This document shows positions 28,093 to 35,802 of a stretch of 64,000 bases of DNA, piece by piece. A program made the position numbers and the translations under genes. The notes under the pieces are model-generated. The model was not told the DNA's origin and searched no databases. It saw only the letters and a list, made by a program, of their open reading frames with translations. The stretch comes from an uncultured Alphaproteobacteria bacterium (lineage in GTDB: Bacteria > Pseudomonadota > Alphaproteobacteria > UBA2966 > CAIVPW01): the NCBI GenBank assembly GCA_903907895.1, contig CAIVPW010000058.1, positions 2,393 to 66,392 on the forward strand, written 5' to 3'. Numbering within the stretch: the stretch's first letter is position 1; each line of letters opens with the position of its first letter.

Positions 28093-29016
28093 TTAGAGCG
28101 CGCGCGCGACGCGGAAGCCGAGCGTGTACTTGCGGTTGGTGGCAAGGTCCCAGTTTCGCAGGGAGCTGCGCACATCGGGCGCATCGGACAACCAAGCCCC
28201 GCCGCGCGTAACGCGCTGGGCGCATGCCCCACCCACGGTCCAGGCGCGGCCGTCGGTGGGGGCCATCGCATAGGTGTCGTGCCAGCAATCCTCGAGGCGC
28301 TCCCAGGCGTTGCCGAGCATGTCGTGCACGCCGAATGCGTTCGCCTTGAACGAGCCGGCGGGAGAGGTCCGCTTGGCGTCGAAATCGGTGCCGCAGCCGT
28401 CGCAGTTGGCGTTGCCGCGGCCGATGTCGGGACCCCAGGGACGTGCCGTGGTGGTGCCCGCGCGGGCGACGTATTCGAATTCGGCCTCGGTCAGAAGGCG
28501 GTATTCGGCGCCGGTGCGCGCGCTCAACCACTGCAGGTAGGCGCGCATCTCATCCCAGTCGAGACAGACGACCGGATCGCGTTCGCCCTGTTCGTAGCCG
28601 GGCGCTTGCCAGCTGCGCGCGGCATCGAGCACTTGTTCCGTGCCGTTGAAGTGGAAACAGCCCGGTGTGGGGGTGGCGGTGGTGGCCGTGGCGAACGCTG
28701 TGTATTCGGCACGCGTCACCTCAAACTTGCCCACCGCAAACGGCTTCGCGAGGGTGACGTTGTGCTGGGGCTGCTCGTCGGGGCTGCGGCCTGGCTCGTT
28801 GGCGGGCGAGCCCATGCTGAACCGTCCGGCGGGAATGACCACCATCTCGGGGCAGTTGTCGCAGTCGCGGAAGGCATCGCCGGGCTTCAGGGTCCGGCCC
28901 CCGACCTGCACTGTCTGCTCGGCCGCGGGGGCGATGTCGCCCTGCTGATCGCCGCACGCCGCGAGCAGGACCGCAACCGACGCCACGATGATCGTATTCC
29001 AGTGGAACGCCGGCAC
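28093..29016 (-). CDS. formylglycine-generating enzyme (SUMF1/FGE) family lipoprotein
   Basis: Signal peptide with lipobox (VAVLLAAC), then FGE-sulfatase domain motifs (RVTRGGAWLSDAPDVRSSLRNW, MLGNAWE, CDNCPEMVVIPAG). Confidence 0.8.
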   Translation of the reverse strand: MPAFHWNTIIVASVAVLLAACGDQQGDIAPAAEQTVQVGGRTLKPGDAFRDCDNCPEMVVIPAGRFSMGSPANEPGRSPDEQPQHNVTLAKPFAVGKFEVTRAEYTAFATATTATPTPGCFHFNGTEQVLDAARSWQAPGYEQGERDPVVCLDWDEMRAYLQWLSARTGAEYRLLTEAEFEYVARAGTTTARPWGPDIGRGNANCDGCGTDFDAKRTSPAGSFKANAFGVHDMLGNAWERLEDCWHDTYAMAPTDGRAWTVGGACAQRVTRGGAWLSDAPDVRSSLRNWDLATNRKYTLGFRVARAL

Positions 29017-29115
29017 AGTCGTCTCCCCTCAGGGCTGAGACCCCCGCGGGCCCGCGTGCGGGTTCTTAACGGCTAACCCGCCGCGGCGCAACGCGACCGG
29101 CGCAACGTAGATGCC

Positions 29116-29192
29116 TGGTCGGGGAGAGAGGATTCGAACCTCCGGCCCCCACGTCCCGAACGTGGTGCTCTACCAGGCTGAGCTACTCCCCG
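29116..29192 (-). tRNA. tRNA-Pro (anticodon CGG)
   Basis: Reverse complement: CGGGGAGTAGCTCAGCCTGGTAGAGCACCACGTTCGGGACGTGGGGGCCGGAGGTTCGAATCCTCTCTCCCCGACCA. Cloverleaf with anticodon loop TTCGGGA, T-loop GGTTCGAATCC and an encoded CCA. Confidence 0.85.
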
Positions 29193-29346
29193 AGGCAGGC
29201 GGGTATATAGCGTCAACCCATCCGGGGCGGCAAGGACGGTGGCGTATGCCCGATGACTCCGGCTTGTCACCCCTTGCCACGCCCCCGCACCCCGCCGCCG
29301 GCTCACCTCCAGGGCTACCGAACCTCGGACCAAGCGGAGGATCTCC

Positions 29347-29499
29347 ATGCGAGCAAGCCGGCCTCAGCCCGCGGTGGCCATCGTCGCAAATAGGCGCACG
29401 TACGCCGTCACCTTTGCCGTGTCCGCCCTGGTGGCCGTCCTGCTGGCGCTTTTCAACGTGGCGCCGACGTTGCCGGACGCCACCCCGCTCACGCCATAA
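29347..29499 (+). CDS. hypothetical small membrane protein (50 aa)
   Basis: GGAGG 7 nt upstream of the ATG. MRASRPQPAVAIVANRRTYAVTFAVSALVAVLLALFNVAPTLPDATPLTP has one predicted TM helix. Not in the ORF track because it is too short. Confidence 0.3.
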   Translation: MRASRPQPAVAIVANRRTYAVTFAVSALVAVLLALFNVAPTLPDATPLTP

Positions 29500-29522
29500 G
29501 GGGTTCTGCGTCTGGCGCCGGC

Positions 29523-30536
29523 TTAGTGTCCGCGCTGGATGCAGAAGTCGATTGCTTCGAGCAGTGCGTCCTTGATGTGGCTGTCCGGGAAGATCGCCAA
29601 GGCATCGCGCGCGATAGCGCCGTAATGCGCAGCGCGCTCAAGGGTATCGGCGAGCGTACCGTGCTTTTGCAGCAAGCCGATGGCCTGGGCCAAGTCGGCA
29701 TCGGTCTGCTGTAGGTTGCCCAGCGTCCGCTGCCAGAATGCGCGCTCGGAATCGCTGCCGCGGCGGTAGGCGAGAACGACCGGTAGCGTGATCTTGCCCT
29801 CGCGGAAATCGTCTCCCACCGTCTTGCCCAATGCGGACTCGCGCGCAGAGTAATCCAGCACGTCGTCCACCAACTGAAATGCAATGCCGAGATTGCGTCC
29901 GTAGCTGATCAACGCGTCTTCTTCCTCGCGCGGGCGGTTCGCCATCACTGCGCCGACACGGCATGCCGCTGCAAACAACGGCGCCGTTTTCGCCATGATG
30001 ACGTCGAGATATGCGTCCTCGGTCGTGGTCGTGTTGTTGGTGGTCATCAGCTGCAGCACTTCGCCCTCGGCGATCTTTGCTGCCGCCTCAGACAGGATGC
30101 CGAGCACCTTGAGCGAGCCGGCCTCGACCATCAGCTGAAACGCGCGGCTGAACAGGAAGTCCCCCACCAGCACGCTCGACTGGTTGCCCCACAAGGCATT
30201 GGCCGTGGCGCTACCGCGACGCAGATGGCTGTCGTCGACGACATCATCGTGCAACAAGGTCGCCGTGTGGATGAACTCGACGCACGCCGCCAGCAACACG
30301 TGATGGGCGCCGCGGTAGCCACAGAGCTTGGAGGCGGCCAGGGTCAACATCGGCCGCATACGCTTGCCGCCGGACATGATGAGATGCCCAGCCAGCTCGG
30401 GGATGCGCCCCACCGGGCTGTCCATCCGCCGCATGATCACTTCGTTCACGGCCGCCAAATCGGCGCCGACGACTTCCTGGAGCGCGGCCAAGCTTGGTCC
30501 CCGCTCCCGCTTCTGCTCGAGCGGCACAACGACCAC
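29523..30536 (-). CDS. ispB: octaprenyl/polyprenyl diphosphate synthase
   Basis: GTG start with AGGA 8 nt upstream. Motifs VVGADLAAVNEVI, IHTATLLHDDVVDDSHLRRG and FQLVDDVLD. The ORF-track start at 30848 is discarded. Confidence 0.85.
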   Translation of the reverse strand: MVVVPLEQKRERGPSLAALQEVVGADLAAVNEVIMRRMDSPVGRIPELAGHLIMSGGKRMRPMLTLAASKLCGYRGAHHVLLAACVEFIHTATLLHDDVVDDSHLRRGSATANALWGNQSSVLVGDFLFSRAFQLMVEAGSLKVLGILSEAAAKIAEGEVLQLMTTNNTTTTEDAYLDVIMAKTAPLFAAACRVGAVMANRPREEEDALISYGRNLGIAFQLVDDVLDYSARESALGKTVGDDFREGKITLPVVLAYRRGSDSERAFWQRTLGNLQQTDADLAQAIGLLQKHGTLADTLERAAHYGAIARDALAIFPDSHIKDALLEAIDFCIQRGH

Positions 30537-30616
30537 AGAAAATGTCCTAAGGCTGTTTCTAGGAAGGCGCGAAGCATAGGATTTGACCGCGCAGGGGGTC
30601 AATTGTCCGTCCTGGA

Positions 30617-30832
30617 ATGAAGGAAATCCTGAAAACCAACGACCTCGTGCTGCTCTCTTGGGCCCAGGCGCTGCTGCACGATGCCGGCATCGGCTGCTGG
30701 CTGCTCGATGGCCACACGTCGGTGCTGGAGGGCAGCCTCGGCATCCTGCCCCGACGCCTGATGGTGGCGGAGGACGACGCGGAGGACGCACGCCGCGTGC
30801 TTGGTGCGGGCGACGTGCCGGCCACGGCCTGA
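30617..30832 (+). CDS. DUF2007-domain protein (putative signal-transducing protein)
   Basis: MKEILKTNDLVLLSWAQALLHDAGIGCWLLDGHTSVLEGSLGILPRRLMVAEDDAEDARRVL matches the DUF2007 pattern. Stop overlaps the next start (TGATG). Confidence 0.7.
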   Translation: MKEILKTNDLVLLSWAQALLHDAGIGCWLLDGHTSVLEGSLGILPRRLMVAEDDAEDARRVLGAGDVPATA

Positions 30833-31566
30833 TGGAAGCGCTCGCCACAACCGACGATCGCCTGCTCGGCGGCCGGGTCCTGTTGCGACAACCGGCGCAG
30901 GGCTATCGCGTGGCAATCGATCCCGTGTTCCTTGCCGCCGCCATTCCGGCGCGCGAGGGCTCGCGGACTCTCGAGCTCGGTGCCGGCGTGGGGGCGGCTT
31001 CGCTCTGCCTCGCGATCCGCATGCCCGGCGCTGCCGTTGTCGGCATCGAGTTGATGGAACCGCTGGTCGCGCTTGGCCGCTCGAATGTCCGCAGCAATGG
31101 ACTTGAGGGGCGAGTGGACCTGGTGCTGGGGGACGTCCGGGAGGCCATTCCGGCCGCCAGCTTTGACCACGCTATGGCCAACCCTCCCTTCGTTGAGGCC
31201 GGCCGGGGCCGCCGGTCCCCGAACCCGTTGAAGGGCGCCGCCAATATCGAGGGCGATGCGGACCTTAGGGCATGGGTCGAGGCGGCCTTTCGCGCCGTTC
31301 GCCCGGGAGGCACCGTGACGTTCATCCACAGCGCCGAGCGCCTCGGGGAGCTCGCGGCTCGCTTCTCCGAAGGGGGCGGCGGGATCGTGGTCTTTCCCCT
31401 TTGGGCCAAGGCAGGGGCCGACGCGACCCGAGTACTGGTGCAGGCTACCAAGGGCAGCCGGGCCCCCACCCGCCTGAGCGCCGGCCTCGTGCTCCATGAA
31501 CCGGGTGGGGCCTATTCGGCGGCGGCGGAGGCTGTGCTGCGGCACGGCCAGGGTCTGGAGGTGTAG
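30832..31566 (+). CDS. SAM-dependent methyltransferase (tRNA1(Val) adenine-N6 methyltransferase-like / methyltransferase small domain)
   Basis: LELGAGVGAASLCL SAM motif and NPPF catalytic motif (MANPPFVEAG). The usual partner downstream of DUF2007 genes. Confidence 0.8.
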   Translation: MEALATTDDRLLGGRVLLRQPAQGYRVAIDPVFLAAAIPAREGSRTLELGAGVGAASLCLAIRMPGAAVVGIELMEPLVALGRSNVRSNGLEGRVDLVLGDVREAIPAASFDHAMANPPFVEAGRGRRSPNPLKGAANIEGDADLRAWVEAAFRAVRPGGTVTFIHSAERLGELAARFSEGGGGIVVFPLWAKAGADATRVLVQATKGSRAPTRLSAGLVLHEPGGAYSAAAEAVLRHGQGLEV

Positions 31567-31622
31567 CGGCCCAGGCTGCCGCAACATTGCGGGGCAAGGG
31601 GGGTCACCGTATCCTGCTGCCT

Positions 31623-32489
31623 ATGGGCGGAATGCTTGAGAAGCTGTCCGCGCTCTGGCCATTTGGCGGGCGCGATCGAGGGCCTTTGGTGGCGGTGGTG
31701 CGCCTGCACGGCACCATTGGTACCGGCGTGGGCCGTGGCGGCATGTCCATCACCAGCCTCGCCAAAGACCTTGAGGCCGCGTTCAGGATGCGCGGGGCGA
31801 AGGCCGTCGCGTTGACGGTCAATTCCCCGGGCGGCTCGCCTGTCCAGTCGAACCTGATCTACCGGCGCATCCGTAGCCTGTCCGAGGAACACAAGATCCC
31901 GGTCATCGCCTTCTGCGAGGACGCGGCGGCTTCGGGTGGATATTGGCTCGCGTGCGCGGGCGAGGAAATCTTCGCCGACCCGAATTCGATCGTCGGCTCG
32001 ATCGGCGTGGTGTCGGGCGGCTTCGGCTTCCCGGGTCTGCTGGCCAAGCTGGGGGTGGAGCGGCGTCTGTACGTGCAGGGAGAGAACAAGGGCATGCTCG
32101 ACCCGTTCAGCCCGGAACGCGAAGCGGACATCGAGCATTTGCACAACATTCAGAAGGTCGTGCACGAGAGCTTCAAGGCGCTGGTGCGCGAGCGCCGCGG
32201 TGCCAAGCTGCGCGCCGACGAGCCCTCGCTGTTCAGCGGCGCATTCTGGACGGGCACGCAAGCGTTGGCGCTCGGACTCGTGGACGGGCTGGGCGATATG
32301 CGCAGCGTGTTGCGCGGCCGCTTCGGCGACAAGGTGCGCCTGAAGGTCGTTGGCCGTTCGCCCAGCCGTTTGCGCCTACTGCTGGGCCGAGGTACCGAAT
32401 CGAGCGGCTCCGCACCGCTCGCCGATTTGCCGGACGCATTGTTGCGCACGCTCGAGGCGCGCTGGTTGTGGGCCCGGCTGGGGCTCTGA
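31623..32489 (+). CDS. S49 family signal peptide peptidase (SppA, 36K type)
   Basis: PLVAVVRLHGTIG, TVNSPGGSPVQS, GEEIFADPNSIVGSIGV and KGMLDPFS are S49 signatures. Start is uncertain (TTG 31587, ATG 31623 or ATG 31632). Confidence 0.8.
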   Translation: MGGMLEKLSALWPFGGRDRGPLVAVVRLHGTIGTGVGRGGMSITSLAKDLEAAFRMRGAKAVALTVNSPGGSPVQSNLIYRRIRSLSEEHKIPVIAFCEDAAASGGYWLACAGEEIFADPNSIVGSIGVVSGGFGFPGLLAKLGVERRLYVQGENKGMLDPFSPEREADIEHLHNIQKVVHESFKALVRERRGAKLRADEPSLFSGAFWTGTQALALGLVDGLGDMRSVLRGRFGDKVRLKVVGRSPSRLRLLLGRGTESSGSAPLADLPDALLRTLEARWLWARLGL

Positions 32490-32526
32490 AAATTTCATCG
32501 CGCCGCAGCGGCGCAGTGAGGACAGC

Positions 32527-32769
32527 ATGTTTGGGTTCAGCCTGGGGAAACTGGTGGTCGCCACCATCCTCATCTTCGCCGTCTGGTACGGCTTCAAGAT
32601 GATGAACCGCATTAGCGAAGCGCGCTCCGAGGCGCTGCCGCGACAGGGCAAGGGCAAGGTTTCGCCGCGCAGCGACGTGGAAGACCTCACCGAGTGCCGC
32701 CGTTGCGGCGCCTTCGTCGCGGCCAATGCCAAGGCCTGCGGGCGCGGCGACTGCCCGTATCCGCGATGA
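32527..32769 (+). CDS. hypothetical small membrane protein with C-terminal Cys4 zinc-ribbon-like motif
   Basis: GAGGA 6 nt upstream of the [26 protein letters not shown] has one TM helix. The C-terminus carries CRRC-x11-C-x4-C. The stop overlaps the glyQ start (ATGA). Confidence 0.55.
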   Translation: MFGFSLGKLVVATILIFAVWYGFKMMNRISEARSEALPRQGKGKVSPRSDVEDLTECRRCGAFVAANAKACGRGDCPYPR

Positions 32770-33647
32770 GCAAGGCGGCGAACAGCAAGAGGAACAGCTT
32801 TCAGGATCTGATCCTCACGCTCCAGCGCTACTGGGCCGACCAGGGCTGCGTCATCCTGCAGCCGTACGACACCGAGGTCGGCGCGGCGACATTCCATCCT
32901 GCAACGGTGCTGCGCGCGCTCGGGCCCGATCCGTGGCGCACGGCGTTCGTGCAGCCGTGCCGCCGTCCGGCGGACGGCCGTTACGGCGAGAATCCGAATC
33001 GTCTGCAGCACTATTACCAATTCCAGGTGGTGCTGAAGCCGTCGCCCGAGAACCTCCAGGAGCTGTACCTGAAGTCACTCGAGGCGATCGGCATCGATCC
33101 CCGCGACCACGACATCCGATTCGTCGAGGACGACTGGGAGAGCCCCACCCTGGGCGCCTGGGGTCTCGGCTGGGAAGTCTGGTGCGACGGCATGGAGGTG
33201 ACACAGTTCACCTACTTCCAGCAGATCGGCGGCATCGACTGTGCGCCGGTTGCCGGCGAGATCACCTACGGCATGGAGCGCCTCGCCATGTTCGTGCAGG
33301 AGCGCGAGAACGTGTACCAGCTCGACTGGAACGGCGCGGGCACGACCTATGGCGACGTGTTCCTGCGCAACGAGCGCGAGTTCTCGGCCTACAACTTCGA
33401 GCAGGCGCCGGTCGACATCCTGCGCGAGCACTTCTCGCAAGCCGAACAGGAGTGCGCACGCCTGCTGGGGGTGCCGTTGGTGCTGCCGGCTTACGATCAG
33501 TGCATGAAGGCCAGTCATCTGTTCAACCTGTTGGATGCCCGCGGCGTCATCTCGGTGATGGAGCGCGCCGCGACCATCGGTCGGGTGCGTGCACTGGCGA
33601 AAGCCTGCTGCGAAGCTTGGATAGGCCGCTCGCCGGCCGCTGCGTAA
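32766..33647 (+). CDS. glyQ: glycine--tRNA ligase alpha subunit
   Basis: Highly conserved GlyQ sequence ([36 protein letters not shown]..., [31 protein letters not shown]). Confidence 0.95.
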   Translation: MSKAANSKRNSFQDLILTLQRYWADQGCVILQPYDTEVGAATFHPATVLRALGPDPWRTAFVQPCRRPADGRYGENPNRLQHYYQFQVVLKPSPENLQELYLKSLEAIGIDPRDHDIRFVEDDWESPTLGAWGLGWEVWCDGMEVTQFTYFQQIGGIDCAPVAGEITYGMERLAMFVQERENVYQLDWNGAGTTYGDVFLRNEREFSAYNFEQAPVDILREHFSQAEQECARLLGVPLVLPAYDQCMKASHLFNLLDARGVISVMERAATIGRVRALAKACCEAWIGRSPAAA

Positions 33648-33691
33648 CGACTGCCGGGCGCCCGCCCGGCAGCAAGCAATAAGAAACACCC

Positions 33692-35785
33692 GTGCCCGAA
33701 CTTCTGGTCGAACTGTTCTCCGAAGAGATTCCCGCCCGCATGCAATCGCGGGCCGCGCAGGACCTCCATGACCTTGTGACGAAGGGCCTTGCCGGCGCCG
33801 GTCTCGCGGTGGGGGAAGCCAAATCGTTTGCGACGCCGCGGCGTCTTGCATTGTTCGTGCGTGGCCTGCCGGAGCGCTCGCCGGATCAGGAGGTTGAACG
33901 CAAGGGTCCGCGCGCCGACGCACCCCCTGCCGCTATCGACGGCTTTTTGCGCTCCACGGGCCTCAGGCGCGAACAGCTGGAAGAGCGCGACATGGGCAAG
34001 GCCGGGCTGGTCCTGTTCGCAGTGCAGCAAGTGAAGGGCCGCGCGGTCGCCGACGTTGCCGCCGAGGTGCTGCAAACCGCAATTGCTGCGTTGCCGTGGC
34101 CGAAAAGCATGCGTTGGGCGGACAACACGTTCCGCTGGGTGCGGCCGCTGCATCGCATCGTTGCCGTGATTGACGGCAAGACGTTGCCGCTGCGCGTCTC
34201 GCTCAAAGACGGCGGCGCCGCGTTGGCCGGAGGCAACGAGACGGAAGGGCACCGTTTCCTGGCACCCGCTGCCGTCCAGGTTTCCGGCTTTGACGACTAC
34301 GTCGCCAAGCTGCGCAAGGCGCATGTCGTGCTCGATACGGCCGAACGCAAGAAGATCATCCTGCAGGAAGGCGAGCTTGCCGCCGCCGGCCATCAAGTAC
34401 GCTTGCGCCGCGACGACGGGCTGCTCGACGAGGTTGCCGGCCTGGTGGAATGGCCGGTGCCTCTGGTCGGTTCCATCGATGCGGCGTTCATGGACCTGCC
34501 GCCGGAAGTGCTCACCACCACGATGCGCACGCACCAGCGCTACTTCGCACTGGAGACCAAGGACGGCAAGCTTGCGCCGCGCTTCCTTTTGGTCGCCAAC
34601 ATGGCGGCGCGCGACGGTGGCAGGGACATCATCAAAGGGAACGAACGCGTTCTGCGGGCGCGCCTTGCCGATGCAAAGTTCTTCTGGGACCTCGACCGCA
34701 AGGTCCGTCTCGAAAGCCGCCTGCCAGCGCTCAAGGAAATCGTGTTCCAGGCCAAGCTCGGCACGCTCGACCAGCGCGTCGAGCGGATGGAGAAGCTCGC
34801 AGTCGCGCTAACGCAGTGGATTCCGGGTGCCGACAAGCAGCTGGTGCAGCGCGCGGCGCGGCTCGCCAAGGCAGACCTGAAGTCCGGTCTCGTGGGCGAG
34901 TTTCCCGAGTTGCAAGGCATCATGGGGCGCTACTGCGCCCTGCACGACGGCGAGCGGACCGAAGTCGCCGAGGCGATCGCCGAGCACTACGGACCCAAGG
35001 GGCCGGAAGATCGCTGCCCGTCGGCTCCGGTGTCGGTTGCAGTCGCGCTCGCGGAGAAGATCGACACCCTGGTCGGATTCTGGGCGATCAACGAAAAACC
35101 GACCGGCTCGAAGGACCCGTTTGCTCTGCGGCGCGCGGCTCTCGGCATCATTCGCCTCGTGGTCGAGAACAAGATTCGTCTGCCTCTCGCTGCCGCATTC
35201 GACACGGCCGCCGGACACTATCCGCAGTCCGTGCGCGGCGTTTGGAACGCAGCGATGCGCTCCGACCTGCTGTCGTTCTTTGCCGACCGCCTCAAGGTGC
35301 ACCTCAAGGAGCGCAACGTGCGCCACGACCTGATTGTGGCGGTATTCTCGCTCACGGCGGACGACGATCTCGTGCGCCTGCTCGCGCGCGTCGACGCGCT
35401 GCAAGCGTTTCTGGCGGCGGAGGACGGCGCCGATCTGCTCACTGCATACAAGCGCGCTGCCAACATCGTGCGCATCGAAGAGAAGAAGGATAGCGCAGCC
35501 CACCGCGGCGAAGCGGACGCCTCCGTCTTCCGCCAGGACGAGGAGCGCGCGCTGAATACGGCCCTCTCCCAGGCGCGCGCTGCAGTCTTGCCCGCACTGG
35601 CAAAAGAGGATTTTGCGGGAGCAATGGCCGCGCTTGCCCGTCTGCGCCAGCCGGTCGACGCCTTCTTCGACGACGTGACCGTGAACGCCGAGGATGCTGC
35701 CTTGCGACGCAATCGCCTGCGGTTGTTGTCCCAGATCACCGAGACCCTGGAGCAAGTCGCCGACTTCTCCAAGATCGAGGGATAG
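33692..35785 (+). CDS. glyS: glycine--tRNA ligase beta subunit
   Basis: 697-aa ORF immediately after glyQ with the conserved N-terminus ([16 protein letters not shown]). GTG start. Confidence 0.95.
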   Translation: MPELLVELFSEEIPARMQSRAAQDLHDLVTKGLAGAGLAVGEAKSFATPRRLALFVRGLPERSPDQEVERKGPRADAPPAAIDGFLRSTGLRREQLEERDMGKAGLVLFAVQQVKGRAVADVAAEVLQTAIAALPWPKSMRWADNTFRWVRPLHRIVAVIDGKTLPLRVSLKDGGAALAGGNETEGHRFLAPAAVQVSGFDDYVAKLRKAHVVLDTAERKKIILQEGELAAAGHQVRLRRDDGLLDEVAGLVEWPVPLVGSIDAAFMDLPPEVLTTTMRTHQRYFALETKDGKLAPRFLLVANMAARDGGRDIIKGNERVLRARLADAKFFWDLDRKVRLESRLPALKEIVFQAKLGTLDQRVERMEKLAVALTQWIPGADKQLVQRAARLAKADLKSGLVGEFPELQGIMGRYCALHDGERTEVAEAIAEHYGPKGPEDRCPSAPVSVAVALAEKIDTLVGFWAINEKPTGSKDPFALRRAALGIIRLVVENKIRLPLAAAFDTAAGHYPQSVRGVWNAAMRSDLLSFFADRLKVHLKERNVRHDLIVAVFSLTADDDLVRLLARVDALQAFLAAEDGADLLTAYKRAANIVRIEEKKDSAAHRGEADASVFRQDEERALNTALSQARAAVLPALAKEDFAGAMAALARLRQPVDAFFDDVTVNAEDAALRRNRLRLLSQITETLEQVADFSKIEG

Positions 35786-35802
35786 CGCCGCGGGAGCGGA
35801 TA

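Noticed and set aside
29116-29192. Possible genomic island or integrase adjacent to tRNA-Pro and tRNA-Val (a common integration hotspot signature).
   Set aside because: No integrase, transposase or phage gene, and no direct repeat of the tRNA 3' end, is visible within several kb of either tRNA. The flanking genes are ordinary housekeeping genes.
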